NCBI GenBank assembly: GCA_029259655.1
Contig: JAJDET010000264.1
Coordinates: 1 to 64,000, forward strand
DNA: 64,000 nt
DNA from: Planctomycetota bacterium
GTDB lineage: Bacteria; Planctomycetota; UBA1135; GCA-002686595
Direction of reading: 5' to 3'
Below the pieces are notes generated by a model. The model was not told the DNA's origin. It saw only the letters and a program-made list of their open reading frames with translations, and ran no database searches. Position 1 is the stretch's first letter. Each line of letters starts with the position of its first letter. The translations under genes were made by a program, and so were the position numbers. Below are positions 38,501-46,835 of the stretch, piece by piece.

Positions 38501-39046
38501 CGGACGAGCGCCGGCGAAGTCGCGGAGCTCGTACAGGGTGGCCGCAAGGTTCGAGCGAGCCCGGAGCAGATCGGGGTCGTCGTCGGGACGCGTGCGCTCG
38601 TAGTTCGCGAGGATCTCCTCCTCGAGCCCGCGTGCGCCGTGGAGGTCGCCGCTGGACGCCAGCGCCGTGGCGAGGATCGTCTTCGCGCGCAGGAGCGAGG
38701 GGTCGTCGGGGGGATGCAAGCGCTCGCGGTGCGAGACGATGCGAGCGAATGCCTCGCGGGCTCCCTCGAGGTGCCCGACGTTCCACGCGAGCACGCCCGC
38801 GCGCCAGAGCAACTCGAAAGCCTCGCCACTTTGCTCGTCGAGGGGGATCGCCTCCAGCGTCTCGAGCGCCGCTGCAAGGTCTGCACGCGCCGCTGCGGCG
38901 TCACCGGCTCCCAGCGCGCTCGCCGCACGCTCGAGCACGCGCTCGACGGAGGACAGGTCGACCGGGTGCTCGTCCGTCGCGCCTTCTTGACCGATCAGGG
39001 GTCCCGAGACCGCGAGGGCGATCAGAACAACGTTCGCGAGGGCCAT
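35531..39046 (-). CDS. secreted TPR-repeat protein with a C-terminal CHAT (caspase-like) protease domain
   Basis: Signal peptide, then >15 TPR units. C-terminal YLHVATHG (His) and AVLSACETG (Cys) form the CHAT catalytic dyad. Confidence 0.85.
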   Translation of the reverse strand: MALANVVLIALAVSGPLIGQEGATDEHPVDLSSVERVLERAASALGAGDAAAARADLAAALETLEAIPLDEQSGEAFELLWRAGVLAWNVGHLEGAREAFARIVSHRERLHPPDDPSLLRAKTILATALASSGDLHGARGLEEEILANYERTRPDDDPDLLRARSNLAATLYELRDFAGARPLQEATLDGFVRTLGEEHPMSLSARENLALTLKSLGDLQGALALEDGLLSSAERAYRPGDPSLARIRGNVALTMRALGDLDGALRLQERALADLGEALPDENPMVLRLRLNLSTTLLKLGELDRARDLQESILAACEQTLPAGHPDILGVRAKLGATLFELGQLPEALELQESVLAGYERDVAGDHPLAIGARLDLADTVKALGDLSRARALQESALAVLERAGNDEARRLPAYANLGLTLRAIGDLVAARAMTERALAGYERTLPSEHVDLFRTRINLSGILVDLGERDAARRLLEAGLAGIEQSRSGDDPDLLRARGILAGLLKRMRQHAAARELEESVLEGFERTLPPGHPNLLGARENLAITLRNIGEVDRARALLAEVLAIRERTLPEDHPDLLGSRQNLALILLEQGETEEAHRLGRDLARGVRRQLEIAWALSPREAREIARWESHRHRIVRYLTRGASADGLAEARFDLAETLRAVSNMAGCRLVASSQSERVAAQRARLSDLVAGGPRGGETLGEYAAEIFEVVRERDMLEREVRDDRVASGVFAGSVESDDVARALPDGSVAVGFLRHHAWREFRSVGEVMAAHVLRPDGSLIEVDLGSAARIEELAELWREAAGEPMVSRGLGVGHPGAPQPDLNEAGRRLRAYVLDPVLNLLEEGTTLYVCLDDFLHVVPLDALPLDRPPEGGRLVRVGDRHRIVIEVSFARLVVSSRRSEPEPALLVLGDAAFDGTGLHSPDGESSAPVDHGTRSAGAQTKFAPLAETRAEANAVGALFEEAFERRPLVLLGEYATKAGFHAQAPGKSYLHVATHGWFAPDSVPSTLDADSERESDPWNALDPRATATGFAPMTLCGLAFSGANRGRDSQGRVPGILTAEELAGVDLSACELAVLSACETGVGIRRAGQGVQSLQAALHAAGVRTAITSLWKVDDAMTRRLMELFYAKLWLEGVPKVEALWQAKRALRDEGAELRDWAGWVLSGDPL

Positions 39047-39106
39047 CTCGTCCTGCTCCTGCCGCGATTCTATCCGCGAGCACGAGAACTCGCGGGGAAC
39101 CGGATC

Positions 39107-40699
39107 CTAGCGAGCCGAGACGAGCACGACGAGCAGGAGCAAGTTGGTCACCGCGTGCGCAACGATCGCCCCGCCGAGTCCCCGTCGCGACCGGATCGCG
39201 AAGTAGGCCGCACCGGCAACCGCGCCGGCGAGCCAGCGCTCGTGCGCGAGGCCGAAGAGCACCGAGGACACCGCGCACACCAGTGGCGCGAGGCGACCCC
39301 GCGCCCCGCCCAGACGGTCGACCAGGTAGCCGCGGAACGCCAGCTCCTCGACCAGAGGCACGACGAGCGCAGACCCCGCGAATCTCGCGACGAGCCAGCC
39401 GACGGTCTCGGCGTCGAGCACTCCCCGTACCCGGGCGAGGTGTTCCGGCGGCACGAGCGGCTCGCCCGCGAGGCCGGCGCTCGCGAGCCAGAACACGAAC
39501 ACCGCAGCGCCGCAGAAGAGCGCCGGCGCGCTCGGGCGAAGATCGATCTTCGAGTAGCGCCGTCGGTAGGCGAACACCACCAGCAAGGGCGCGAGGAACC
39601 GCAGCCACTCGACGTCACCCGGCCGCGCGCTGGCCGTCGCCAGGAGCAGGCCGGCGCCCAGAAAGACGACGAGGGGCAAGAGGAACGTCGATCCGTCGCC
39701 CGGCGGAACGCGATCGGACGCGGGCTCGCGGCGGAAGAAGCTCGCGCGCCGCGCGAGCACCGCCAGCCCGATCGCAAGTCCGCAGAAGAGCACCCACCCT
39801 GCACGCGAGTGGAAGGCACCTACCGCGAGCTCGGGCGAGACCGTGTCACCGATCAGCACGAGCGCTGCGATGCGGACGACGTTCGCGCCGAACGAGAGGA
39901 GTGTCCCCAGCGGCAAGAGCAACAGGGCGTGCGGAAAGCGAAGCTCGTCTCGTCGCAACCAGAGGTGCACGCAGAGAAACACCCACAGGAGGCCCATACC
40001 CTCATAGCCGGAACACCCGGCGCCGATCCTCACGACGAAGTCCGGTGTTCCAACCGCCAGCTCGTCCACGTCGACGAGAACGTCACCCGTGGCGATGCCC
40101 AGGACCACGGCGACGCTCCTCAGCGTGAGCGCGCCGAGCATGCGCCACAAGGGCGCGTCCCCCGCGCTTCCGGCGGAATAGGCGGCGAGGCCGACGACCA
40201 CGCCCGTCGCCATGGCGCACGTGCGCCGGCGCACGGGGAACAAGAGCGCGCGGACCGGTACCGCCAGCGCGAGGATGGAGAGCGCTGTCGAGGCCCCGGT
40301 CGCCGCCCAGACGAGGAGCAGGAACCAGGTCGCGAGCGTGTCCCCGCCACGCGCGTCGAAGAGGTGCCAGGTGAGCGCGCTGAAGACCGTCACGGCCGCG
40401 ACGTGCGCGACGAGGAGCTGCCGGTTCGGTGTCTCGGACGACCTCGCATCCAGGAACGCACGCAGGTCCGTCCTCCCCGACGTCGCGGCCCACGCGGCAC
40501 CGACCGCGAGCGCAGCCGGGAACGCGACCGCGCTGTGTGCGAGGAGTCGCGCCCAGACGTGCGAGCTGGCGCGCAGCGCTGCGGTGTCGAACACGCTCGT
40601 GAGCGCGATCCCCTCGAGCGCGAGGATCGTGCACGCGAGCGCGAGTCGCAGTGCTCCCCCACGCTCCGCGGAGTGCACGAGGACGGGGGGGGCTTCCAC
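39107..40699 (-). CDS. exosortase-family transpeptidase fused to a CPBP/CAAX (Abi) intramembrane protease; XrtE-like
   Basis: N-terminal half carries exosortase motifs (Cys in RIGAGCSGYEG, Asn/Arg in FGANVVRIAAL). C-terminal half carries CPBP motifs EELAFRGY, FGLAHE and HAVTN. Confidence 0.7.
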   Translation of the reverse strand: MEAPPVLVHSAERGGALRLALACTILALEGIALTSVFDTAALRASSHVWARLLAHSAVAFPAALAVGAAWAATSGRTDLRAFLDARSSETPNRQLLVAHVAAVTVFSALTWHLFDARGGDTLATWFLLLVWAATGASTALSILALAVPVRALLFPVRRRTCAMATGVVVGLAAYSAGSAGDAPLWRMLGALTLRSVAVVLGIATGDVLVDVDELAVGTPDFVVRIGAGCSGYEGMGLLWVFLCVHLWLRRDELRFPHALLLLPLGTLLSFGANVVRIAALVLIGDTVSPELAVGAFHSRAGWVLFCGLAIGLAVLARRASFFRREPASDRVPPGDGSTFLLPLVVFLGAGLLLATASARPGDVEWLRFLAPLLVVFAYRRRYSKIDLRPSAPALFCGAAVFVFWLASAGLAGEPLVPPEHLARVRGVLDAETVGWLVARFAGSALVVPLVEELAFRGYLVDRLGGARGRLAPLVCAVSSVLFGLAHERWLAGAVAGAAYFAIRSRRGLGGAIVAHAVTNLLLLVVLVSAR

Positions 40700-40709
40700 G
40701 GCGTCGCCG

Positions 40710-40922
40710 TCAGGTCTGGGGCGGTGCCGTCTCCGACCGGGAGGACCTCGACCGGATCGCCGGCGCGATCAGGAGCAGGGCCGCGATCACGAGGACGATC
40801 GCCTCCCGCGACCCGCTCGGGTCGATCTCGGGAACGATGGCCTTCGTCAGGTGCCTCCGGCCGAGCTGTGCCGACACGGGAGACGCCAGGAGAAAGGCCG
40901 CCAGGAGGATGCGGCGGAACAT
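40710..40922 (-). CDS. VPEID-CTERM sorting-signal mini-protein (candidate exosortase substrate)
   Basis: Signal peptide MFRRILLAAFLLASPVSA. Only ~11 residues then VPEID. Then TM IVLVIAALLLIAPAI and basic tail RSRSSRS. Ends 10 nt upstream of the exosortase gene. Confidence 0.6.
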   Translation of the reverse strand: MFRRILLAAFLLASPVSAQLGRRHLTKAIVPEIDPSGSREAIVLVIAALLLIAPAIRSRSSRSETAPPQT

Positions 40923-41054
40923 CGGGGGGGGGCTGACAGGGGCTCATCCGAGCCTCCGTCAAGGACGTTCTCGGACGACACCCGCATCCCCTGAACCGAA
41001 ACGGTGAGAAAGGCGAGTCGTGCCCTCTCGTTCCCGATCGAGTTGGATTCTCCC

Positions 41055-42338
41055 CTACCGAGCCAGACGGAAGCCCGCGAACATCCAGCGCTGGTGTGGG
41101 TAGAAGAAGTTGCGGTACGTCCGGCGCAGGTGACTCTCCGGCGTGACGCAGCACCCGCCGCGCAGGACGAGCTGGTTGATCATGAACTTGCCGTTGTACT
41201 CGCCGAGCTCGCCCTCGAAGGGCTCGTAGCCGGGGTAGGGCGCGTAGGGGCTGCGCGTCCACTCCCACACGTCGCCGAAGAGCTGTCCGAGCGAATCGCC
41301 CTCGGGCGCGGAGGACAACCGACGCGGGTGGTACGCACCGGACTCCAGGAACGTCCCGGTCGCAGCGTGTCCCTCGGCCGCGCGCTCCCACTCGAGCTCC
41401 GACGGCAGCCGGCAGCCGGCCCACGTGGCGTAGGCGTCGGCCTCGTAGTAGCTGACGTGGCAGACCGGCTCGCCCGGGTCTATATCGCGAAGCCCGCCGA
41501 GCGTCATCGCGCTTCCCGTGTCGGGTTCCCAGTAGAGCGGTGCGCGCCAGTCCTCCCGCTGCACATGGTCCCAGCCGTCCGCGAGCCAGAGCTCCGAGCG
41601 TCGGTAGCCTCCGTCGTCGACGAAAGCGCTGTACTCGCCGCACGTGACCGGACGCGAGGCGAGCTCGAACGGCTCGAGTCGCGCGGTGTGCCGCGGGCGC
41701 TCGTTGTCGTAGGCGAACCCGCTCCCCTCGTGGCCGATCTCCACGTCCCCACCGTCGAACGAGCGCCACTCGACCGCCGGGACGGCCACCACGGGAATCA
41801 GCGTGCCGGTCGGCGAGGGCCGGCGCCCGTAGGCGGGGCGCATCGGGTTCCCCGCGAGCACGTGCTTCACGTCCATGAGCAGGAGCTCCTGGTGCTGCTG
41901 CTCGTGGTGCATGCCGATGGTCAGGACCGGCGCCACACTCTCGACGCACTCGCGCGAGCCGTCCTCGAGGAGCGCGGTCATCGCCTCGTCGACGTGACGG
42001 CGGTAGTCGCGCACTTCGTCCACGGTCGGCCGCGACAGGAGCCCGCGGCGCGAGCGAGGGAAAGGGTCTCCCAGCGACTGGTAGTAGGAGTTGAAGATCG
42101 CCGAGAAGCGCTCGTCGAAGAGGGAGTACTGCGCGCCGCTCCGCTCGAGCACGAGGGTCTCGAAGAACCACGTGACGTGGGCCAGGTGCCACTTGGTCGG
42201 ACTGACGTCGGGCATGGTCTGCACCACCATGTCCTCCGTCTCGAGAGGCTCGCATAGCGCTTCGGTCACGGACCGCACGCGCTCGTAGGCACGAAGCAGC
42301 TCGCCGCGCTCCTGAGTGATCGGAATCGAGAGAGTCAT
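41055..42338 (-). CDS. egtB: EgtB-like sulfoxide synthase (DinB_2 + FGE-sulfatase domains), ergothioneine/ovothiol-type
   Basis: N-terminal DinB-like HLAHVTWFFE...HHEQQHQELL iron-binding motifs plus a C-terminal FGE-like domain (WEWT...PYPGY). Confidence 0.7.
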   Translation of the reverse strand: MTLSIPITQERGELLRAYERVRSVTEALCEPLETEDMVVQTMPDVSPTKWHLAHVTWFFETLVLERSGAQYSLFDERFSAIFNSYYQSLGDPFPRSRRGLLSRPTVDEVRDYRRHVDEAMTALLEDGSRECVESVAPVLTIGMHHEQQHQELLLMDVKHVLAGNPMRPAYGRRPSPTGTLIPVVAVPAVEWRSFDGGDVEIGHEGSGFAYDNERPRHTARLEPFELASRPVTCGEYSAFVDDGGYRRSELWLADGWDHVQREDWRAPLYWEPDTGSAMTLGGLRDIDPGEPVCHVSYYEADAYATWAGCRLPSELEWERAAEGHAATGTFLESGAYHPRRLSSAPEGDSLGQLFGDVWEWTRSPYAPYPGYEPFEGELGEYNGKFMINQLVLRGGCCVTPESHLRRTYRNFFYPHQRWMFAGFRLAR

Positions 42339-42449
42339 GGTCTTTCGTCGTCGCGGAGGGTCTCCGGAACACCTGTCGGCAGATGGGGTCGGTTGCGAGC
42401 GACGAGTCTAGCGAAGCTGCGCTGCATGTCTTGACCTACAATCCGCCGG

Positions 42450-43421
42450 ATGAGCCCTCTCGCGATGCTTCTTGCCTCACTCCGGAAGGAACCCGACCGC
42501 GCCGCCGCGACGGGCTTCGTCATCAGCCTGGCTATCGGCTGTGGCAAGGTTGGGGACGAGCCGGACGGACCGGGGCGACTCGAGAGCTCGGGCGGGATGG
42601 AGCTCGTGCTCGTCCCCGCAGGCGAGTTCCTGATGGGATCCAGGGACGCCGGCATGCACCGGGAGCAAGAGCTCCCGCGCCACCGAGTCGTCGTCACCCG
42701 CCCGTTCTACATCGGCGTGACGGAAGTCACGGTCGGTCAGTTCGCGGAGTTCGTCGAGGCGACCGACTATCGCACCGAGGCCGAACGCGACCCGCAGGGC
42801 GGCTTCGGCTTCGACCTCGGCACGGGCTCGCCCCTCCAGACCGGGGGACTCTCGTGGCGTGACCCGGGCTTCGAGCAGACGAACGAGCACCCGGTCGTGC
42901 AGGTCAGCTGGATCGACGCGGAGGCGTTCTGCCAGTGGCTCTCCGAGCGCGACGATCGTCGCTACCGCCTCCCCACGGAAGCCGAGTGGGAGTACGCGGC
43001 TCGCGCGGGGACAACGACGCGCTGGTTCTTCGGCGAAGACCCTTCGGAGCTCTCCGAGTTCGCGAACATCGCAGACGCCTCGCTTCCGGCTGCCTTCCCC
43101 GAAGTCGACTGGGCGGCGGAATGGGACGACGGGCACGCGTTCACGTCCCCGGTCGGCCGCCGTCGGGCCAATCCATGGGGACTCCACGACGTGATAGGCA
43201 ACGTCTGGGAATGGTGCGCCGACTGGCACGACGCCGACTACTACGCGGCTTCGCCGGAGAGGGATCCACAGGGACCCGACGAGGGGCGCATGCGCGCGGT
43301 TCGCGGGGGTGGCTGGTACGACCCCGTGCAGCGCACGCGCTCTGCGCAGCGCGCCTGGTTCTCTCCGGTCTTCCGCTACTGCCAGCTGAGCGGATTCCGG
43401 GTCGTGTGCGAGGTCCAGTAG
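42450..43421 (+). CDS. formylglycine-generating-enzyme (FGE/SUMF1) family lipoprotein
   Basis: Lipobox AIGCG. MVLVPAGEFLMGS...HPVVQVSWIDAEAFCQWL...RLPTEAEWEYAARAG is typical FGE-sulfatase. Confidence 0.8.
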   Translation: MSPLAMLLASLRKEPDRAAATGFVISLAIGCGKVGDEPDGPGRLESSGGMELVLVPAGEFLMGSRDAGMHREQELPRHRVVVTRPFYIGVTEVTVGQFAEFVEATDYRTEAERDPQGGFGFDLGTGSPLQTGGLSWRDPGFEQTNEHPVVQVSWIDAEAFCQWLSERDDRRYRLPTEAEWEYAARAGTTTRWFFGEDPSELSEFANIADASLPAAFPEVDWAAEWDDGHAFTSPVGRRRANPWGLHDVIGNVWEWCADWHDADYYAASPERDPQGPDEGRMRAVRGGGWYDPVQRTRSAQRAWFSPVFRYCQLSGFRVVCEVQ

Positions 43422-43444
43422 ACTGACGAGAGGAGCTCACGAAC

Positions 43445-43828
43445 ATGGAAAGCCGTCATCCCTGTGGCGTCTGCGCCGCTCTCCTCCTCACGCTCGCGGC
43501 GTCCGGGTGCCTCTCGCTCGACTACGACCTCTCCGGCGTGCCGGTTCCGGTGAGCGCCAAGTCCGTGGACCCGGGGAGCGCCGCAGAGGTCGAGCCGTTC
43601 CGGATCGAGACGCGGAACACGCTCTGGATCCACGGCCTCCTGGGGCGCAACACTCCCGACATCGGCGCGCTCGTCGCCGAGCAGGCGGCAGGCTGGGACG
43701 AGATCGCCGGCTTCCGCGTACAGCAGCGGAGCGGGGTGTCCCACTGGCTGCTCGCGCACCTGTCGCTGACCCTGATCCGCATGCGCAAGGTCGTCATCGA
43801 GGGCCAGCTCGTGCGGGAGCTCCCCTGA
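43445..43828 (+). CDS. small hypothetical lipoprotein
   Basis: MESRHPCGVCAALLLTLAASGC lipobox. Confidence 0.45.
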   Translation: MESRHPCGVCAALLLTLAASGCLSLDYDLSGVPVPVSAKSVDPGSAAEVEPFRIETRNTLWIHGLLGRNTPDIGALVAEQAAGWDEIAGFRVQQRSGVSHWLLAHLSLTLIRMRKVVIEGQLVRELP

Positions 43829-43847
43829 CTCGATCGAACCGACGGCG

Positions 43848-45110
43848 TCAGGGGCAGATCTCGATCCGGACGCCGTTCGAGAGGGCGAAACCCATCGGCT
43901 GGGTCGCATCCGGGGCGAGAGCCTGGAAGTACACCGCGACACCGGTCAGGACGGGGTCGACGGGCATCGGGACGGTGAATGCGTCGGTACCGCTCTTGAA
44001 CTCCGCACCGAACACGGGCTCCGTCAGGTCGACGAGCCCGATCCCGCCGAGCAGCGGCTCGCCGGCCTCGGCGCGCGACGAGACGCACCACCACCCGGTC
44101 TCGGGAACGGACTTCGGTGCGAGGTCCACCGACCCGCCGAGCGCCGGATCGCCGACCGCCGTGAGCTCGAGCGTGTTGACTGCGCTCGCACCGGCGCCGT
44201 ACTCGGTGATTCCGCAGGTCGGACCGAAGACGGCGCGCGCGGCCACGTCCTGCAACAGGGCGGCGTCCGCCAGGTCGATCGGACCGGCGTAGGAGATCCC
44301 GACCGGGCTCTCGCCGAAGATCTTCGCGTAGAACACGCACGCGGCGAGGTAGCTGCCCTCGTGCGTGGGGTGCGACGCGTCGGCCTGGTGCAGGGCGATG
44401 CCCGGATGGAGCGCTCGACTCACGCGCCACGCTTCGCCGACCGGCGCGACCGGAGCGCCGATCAACGCTCCGACGTCGGCATAGGCGGCGGTCACCTCGT
44501 CCTGCATCTCCTCGAAGCTCGCGAAGACGGGACTGCAGTCGTTGCTCCCGCAGAACTGCCCGCCGTTCTGCCTTCCCCAGGTCTGGAACAAGAGCGTGGT
44601 CGTCGCCGGGTCGTTCGCCTTGATCGAAGCGTCGAGGCTCTGGGCCCCGGGCATCATGAAGTTGTCGCGCTTGAACGGGATCGTCGGCGTCGTGCTCTGT
44701 TCCTGCAGGACGACGTAGTCCCAGGCCTCCGACGCGATCATGGCCAGGGAGGTCGGGTTCGTGGAGTGCTGCCCGTTGCCTGCCTGCGGCTCACCCAGCG
44801 TGTTGCCACCGGGCGTGTGCTTGGCGTCGGTGACCTGACGACCTCGGTCGGCGGCGAGGTTCCGGAAGAGGATCGCCAGCTCGTTCTGGGCCGTGTAGCT
44901 GTTGCCGAGGAAGAGCACCTTGGTCTCCACGGCGGGCGGCGGGTTCCCCCCGCCGATCCCTCCGCCTCCACCCCCGGTCCCCGGAGGCGGAACCGGCGGC
45001 CCCACCGGGACCGAGCCCGACGAAGACCCGCCGTTGCAGGACGTGAACGCGAGGAGGAGTCCGAGGAGGAGGACCCCGGACGCCTGGGAGGTGGTGGTGG
45101 ACGAGGACAC
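43848..45110 (-). CDS. SGNH-like (DUF4886-type) lipoprotein; paralog of 48632-49789
   Basis: Lipobox FTSC, low-complexity Gly/Pro linker, then KVLFLGNSYT...WDYVVLQEQS...FQTWGR...SHP, shared with the paralog. Confidence 0.6.
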   Translation of the reverse strand: MSSSTTTSQASGVLLLGLLLAFTSCNGGSSSGSVPVGPPVPPPGTGGGGGGIGGGNPPPAVETKVLFLGNSYTAQNELAILFRNLAADRGRQVTDAKHTPGGNTLGEPQAGNGQHSTNPTSLAMIASEAWDYVVLQEQSTTPTIPFKRDNFMMPGAQSLDASIKANDPATTTLLFQTWGRQNGGQFCGSNDCSPVFASFEEMQDEVTAAYADVGALIGAPVAPVGEAWRVSRALHPGIALHQADASHPTHEGSYLAACVFYAKIFGESPVGISYAGPIDLADAALLQDVAARAVFGPTCGITEYGAGASAVNTLELTAVGDPALGGSVDLAPKSVPETGWWCVSSRAEAGEPLLGGIGLVDLTEPVFGAEFKSGTDAFTVPMPVDPVLTGVAVYFQALAPDATQPMGFALSNGVRIEICP

Positions 45111-45185
45111 GCCGGTTGAACTCTAGCTCGCTCGCGAGCGGTCGTTACGCCGCACGGCGCGCCATCGGAAAGCGTTTCGGACCGG

Positions 45186-46754
45186 TCAGCCGTGCAGCTC
45201 GTCCAGGCACGCGCGCACGACGGCCGGACGGTCGACCTTTCCGTTGGCCGTGAGCGGCATCGCGCCCTCCCAGGCGTGAATGCGCGCGGGAACCATGTAC
45301 GTCGGCATGTTCGAGGCGCAGTGGATCGCGAGGGAGTCGACGTCGACCGGGCCGGCCCCGGGCCGGGCGGCCACGGCCAGGTGGACGCGCTGCCCGAGCT
45401 CGTCGTCCTCGACTCCGAACGCCACGGCCTCTCCGATGAGCCCGCTCGCCTGCGCCACCTCCTCGACCTCGGTCGGAGAGAGCCGGAAGCCGCTCGACTT
45501 GATCATCCCGTCCATGCGCCCGACGAACCACAGGAAGCCGTCCTCGTCGCGACGGACCAGGTCGCCGCTGTGGCAAACGGGCTCGTCACCGATCCGCGCG
45601 GCGAGGTGGCGGTTGGGCCGGATCCGCGCACGCGTCTCCTCCTCGCGGCCCCAGTAGCCACGGCTGACGAGCGCGCCGCGGTGGACGAGCTCGCCCTCTT
45701 CGCCGGGCCCGCAGATTCCGTTCTCCGGATGCACGACGAAGATCTCGACGTCGGGGATCGCGCGTCCGATCGAGCCGAGTTTCTCCTCGAAGAGCGCGGG
45801 CGGAAGGTAGGTGGAGCGGAAGGCCTCGGTCAGCCCGTACATGAGATAGATGTCGACCCCCGGCAGGACGTGCGGCATGACCTCGAGCACGGGCTCGGGG
45901 ATCTTGCCGCCCGTGTTCGTGACGTAGCGCAGGTGCGGGAGCTCCGTCTTCGCCTCCTCGAGGAAGCGAATGATCGGAATCCATGCCGGGGGTACGGCGG
46001 CGATCCCGGTCACGCGTTGCTCGACGGCCGTCCGCACGACCTCGCTCGGCATGGGCACGCGCTGCAGGACTACGGTGGCCCCGACGAGGAACCCGGTCGT
46101 GAGCTGCGACAGCCCGGCGTCGAAGTTGAAGGCGAGCAGCGCGAGGATCCGGTCCTCGGCCGTGTTCTCGAGGTACGTCGCGACGATGCGCGCGCCGTCG
46201 ACGACGTTCCTGTGCGTGACCATGACGCCCTTCGGCTTGCCCGTGGAGCCGGAGGTGTAGAGGAGCGCGGCGAGATCGTTTCCGACGGGGGCGGGGGCAT
46301 CCACGCTCGCGCCGTTCTCGAGCGAGCTCCACGTCGTGCAGCGCGCGTCGTCCCGCCCCTTCCCGTGAACGAGCAGCGCCTCGAGCTCGTCGGCGAGCGG
46401 CGCCGCGAGGATCGCTTTCGCCTTGCGCGTGTCCGTGATCAGGTGGCGGATCCCGCAGTCTCGAACGACGAACTCGAGCTGCACCGAAGTCCACTGGTAG
46501 TGCACGTCGACCCAGACAGCCCCGATGCGCGCGGCCGCGAAGATCCCGACGACTTCCTCGACGCTCTTGTGCAGGTGGATTCCCACGCGGTCGCCGCGAC
46601 GCACGCCGCGCGCGAGGAGCCAGGCCGCGACCGCGTCGACTCGTTGCGCCAGCTCGGCGTAGGAGACCTCCGCGTCACCGAGGACGAGCGCGGTGTGCGC
46701 GCTCCGCTCTCCGAGGTTCTTGCGCAAGAGGTCGTGGACGTTGAAGGGGATCAA
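45186..46754 (-). CDS. AMP-dependent synthetase/ligase (adenylation enzyme, DltA-like role)
   Basis: LLYTSGSTGKPKGV core motif, YGLTE, GELVHRGALVSRGYW, and C-terminal lysine loop. Confidence 0.85.
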   Translation of the reverse strand: MIPFNVHDLLRKNLGERSAHTALVLGDAEVSYAELAQRVDAVAAWLLARGVRRGDRVGIHLHKSVEEVVGIFAAARIGAVWVDVHYQWTSVQLEFVVRDCGIRHLITDTRKAKAILAAPLADELEALLVHGKGRDDARCTTWSSLENGASVDAPAPVGNDLAALLYTSGSTGKPKGVMVTHRNVVDGARIVATYLENTAEDRILALLAFNFDAGLSQLTTGFLVGATVVLQRVPMPSEVVRTAVEQRVTGIAAVPPAWIPIIRFLEEAKTELPHLRYVTNTGGKIPEPVLEVMPHVLPGVDIYLMYGLTEAFRSTYLPPALFEEKLGSIGRAIPDVEIFVVHPENGICGPGEEGELVHRGALVSRGYWGREEETRARIRPNRHLAARIGDEPVCHSGDLVRRDEDGFLWFVGRMDGMIKSSGFRLSPTEVEEVAQASGLIGEAVAFGVEDDELGQRVHLAVAARPGAGPVDVDSLAIHCASNMPTYMVPARIHAWEGAMPLTANGKVDRPAVVRACLDELHG

Positions 46755-46835
46755 GGTGTTTCTCCGCCAGGTCGCGGATCATGCTAGTTTTCGGCGCCCG
46801 CCCGGCAAGAGCGGGAGTCCCGCCGCGGACAGCCG

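Noticed and set aside
35738-42372. ORFs 35738-37186(+), 37827-38786(-), 37946-40936(+), 38632-40128(+), 40390-42372(-)
   Set aside because: Spurious frames across the TPR-CHAT, exosortase and EgtB genes. They have extreme Arg/Gly/Pro content and no motifs.
42430-42442. TTGACC immediately followed by TACAAT upstream of the FGE lipoprotein
   Set aside because: The -35-like and -10-like hexamers are adjacent (0-nt spacer), so this is not a functional sigma-70 promoter geometry.
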